64,000 nucleotides of DNA. It comes from Camelus dromedarius (lineage: Eukaryota). The stretch lies in NCBI RefSeq assembly GCF_036321535.1, contig NC_087454.1, forward strand, positions 32,054,001 through 32,118,000. Reading direction: 5' to 3'. The translations under genes were made by a program, and so were the position numbers. The notes under the pieces were generated by a model. It saw only the letters and a program-made list of their open reading frames with translations. It did no database searches and was not told where the DNA came from. The number at the start of each line of letters is the position of its first letter. Position 1 is the first letter of the stretch. This document shows positions 62,396 to 64,000 of this stretch, piece after piece.

Positions 62396-64000
62396 GCTAC
62401 TGCTACTTCTACCACCAGAGCCTAGGGAGTTTCAATAGCTTGTCCAAAGTCAAGCAGCTGACGTGATGAAGAGAAAGCGGTCCAAATTAGAGCTTTGAGG
62501 CCTCCTGCTTTTAGCACTGCCCTAGGGAGAGAGGCAGCTGCCTGACAGTCAGTGTCATTTCCCAGTGCTCTGTCTGGAAACGTCAGTCCCCAGTCAAAGG
62601 TTGAGCAACTAGAGTGCTAAGCTTGAAGGACTGTTGTGTATTACATGAGTTAATAGAAGGTTAGCACACGGTAACTTTAAAAAGATCATGTGATTTAAAA
62701 ATATACAGACCATAATTACTAAGTAAGATGATCTTGATTTCCTATAACGTAGTCAGTACCTTTAGGGACTGAGTGGAGGTCAGTTTTTCTTCCAGGTGGA
62801 AGATATGATGCCACAGGTATGGGTGGTAAGGCTGATGTGCAGCTAAAACTTGTACCATGAACATAGAAGCTACTTAGCTCCAAAATGGACATGGCTGGGA
62901 ATAGAACAAACTACCCTAGAATTTCCCAGACTGAGGGAAAAATGAGATAAAACTAGCAACTTAGTACAAAAAAGAGTTACTAATTACTTGACCTGATGAA
63001 AAGATAAAAAAAAGAAAAAAAAACAGCTTCTGCCTTTTAGGAGCTTACTCTTCAGCAGGAAAGATGGAGAAATGAATAGTTGGGACAAGTGCATGACAGA
63101 GGGGAGCCCAGAGTGCCCCAGACTTGCTGTCCTGATCCACAGCTAAAGAAGCAGGTACTAGCGTTGGGCCATCTGGCTTTAAATCCTGATTCATCATTTA
63201 TAAGCTGTGTCATCCTCAGCATGCTACTAAATTCCTTTTTTTCTCATTGTAGAAACAGCTTCCAAATGTAGGATTTGCCCAAATGAGATTCATTTCTTAG
63301 TTGCAGAAGCAACTCCCCGTCCCCTTTACTCCTGTGATTCCTTCTCGGTAAGGATTCTCTTCTCCGAGACTGATTCCCTGCAGGTCTACTTCTTGCAAAA
63401 TTCTACAGAAATGAGCTACATCTGATGTTGGAGGTAAGCAGTCCAGGTGAAACACAAAGGTGGATGGAGCCAGAGGACATGCCACGTTGGGAAGCTGCAA
63501 CCACAAGCTTGGGCCTCCCTGACTGTGCCATGGATGTCACTGATGTCCAAGGTGGCAGACTGTGCAACTGGCCTGCCACATTGCATGGGCACCGCCACAA
63601 GACTGGGTAGATCCCAGTCTCTGTCATTCCATGGAGGTGGAGGTGGCAGAACAGGGCTGGAAGAGCGTGAACTCCTGAGGAGCGGAGACCAAATACGTAT
63701 CCGTCAAGCCCAGCTCCTGGTTCACTTTGTCCACTTGCAACTTGCCTATCCATGTCTCAGTAAATGCATTTCCCCTCTCTGAGTTCCCACTTGACTGTAA
63801 TTGCAGCATTCTAACTGCAGGGGACAACATGATCAGCGGTCTGGCGGGACAGTGAAACAAAAGTTTCTGACCTGTCTCTAAATGACATTTTTAGCAATTA
63901 TTCACTCCAAAGCCAGCCTCAATAATTTTGGGTTGAGTCTCTTACCCTTACCTTGGTTCTATTTTGGTTTTGGTTCTGGGTTTCGGCATTATTTCTTAAC

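Noticed and set aside
63297-63506. FHLDCLPP as a PHD-finger pseudogene motif
   Set aside because: The remaining Cys4-His-Cys3 spacing is missing in all frames.
1-64000. CRISPR arrays, operons, prokaryotic defence systems, NUMTs or intact ERV genes
   Set aside because: The sequence is mammalian nuclear DNA. I saw no spacer-repeat periodicity, mitochondrial similarity or gag/pol/env frames.

Overview
Mammalian genomic DNA, almost certainly camelid: it carries a Vic-1-type tRNA-derived SINE and camelid/cetartiodactyl L1 3' ends, and I saw no ruminant Bov-tA/BovB or pig PRE SINEs. I found no credible protein-coding exon. The ORFs in the track are short, repeat-derived, GC-skew artefacts or run through N blocks. 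The main functional landmark is a CpG island at about 20.5-21.5 kb. It has G4 motifs, three ATTGG (CCAAT) boxes, a (GT)8(GC)6 Z-DNA-type tract and splice donors on both strands. It most likely drives a minus-strand gene with non-coding first exon(s) and a long uATG-rich leader (about 18.8-19.8 kb), making 1-18.8 kb intronic, and possibly a divergent plus-strand lncRNA. I could not identify the gene. The rest is a fossil transposon landscape of L1, L2, MIR, MER5/MER20/MER53, MaLR LTRs and a near full-length Cheshire hAT element with a nested MLT1. There are also two old local duplications (about 125 bp and about 520 bp), two candidate CTCF sites and six N-masked tracts, two of which hide most of the promoter-to-leader link. 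Repeat family calls come from my recall of consensus sequences, not a database search. Nothing here is strong evidence of a new biological system; the findings are hypotheses to test.
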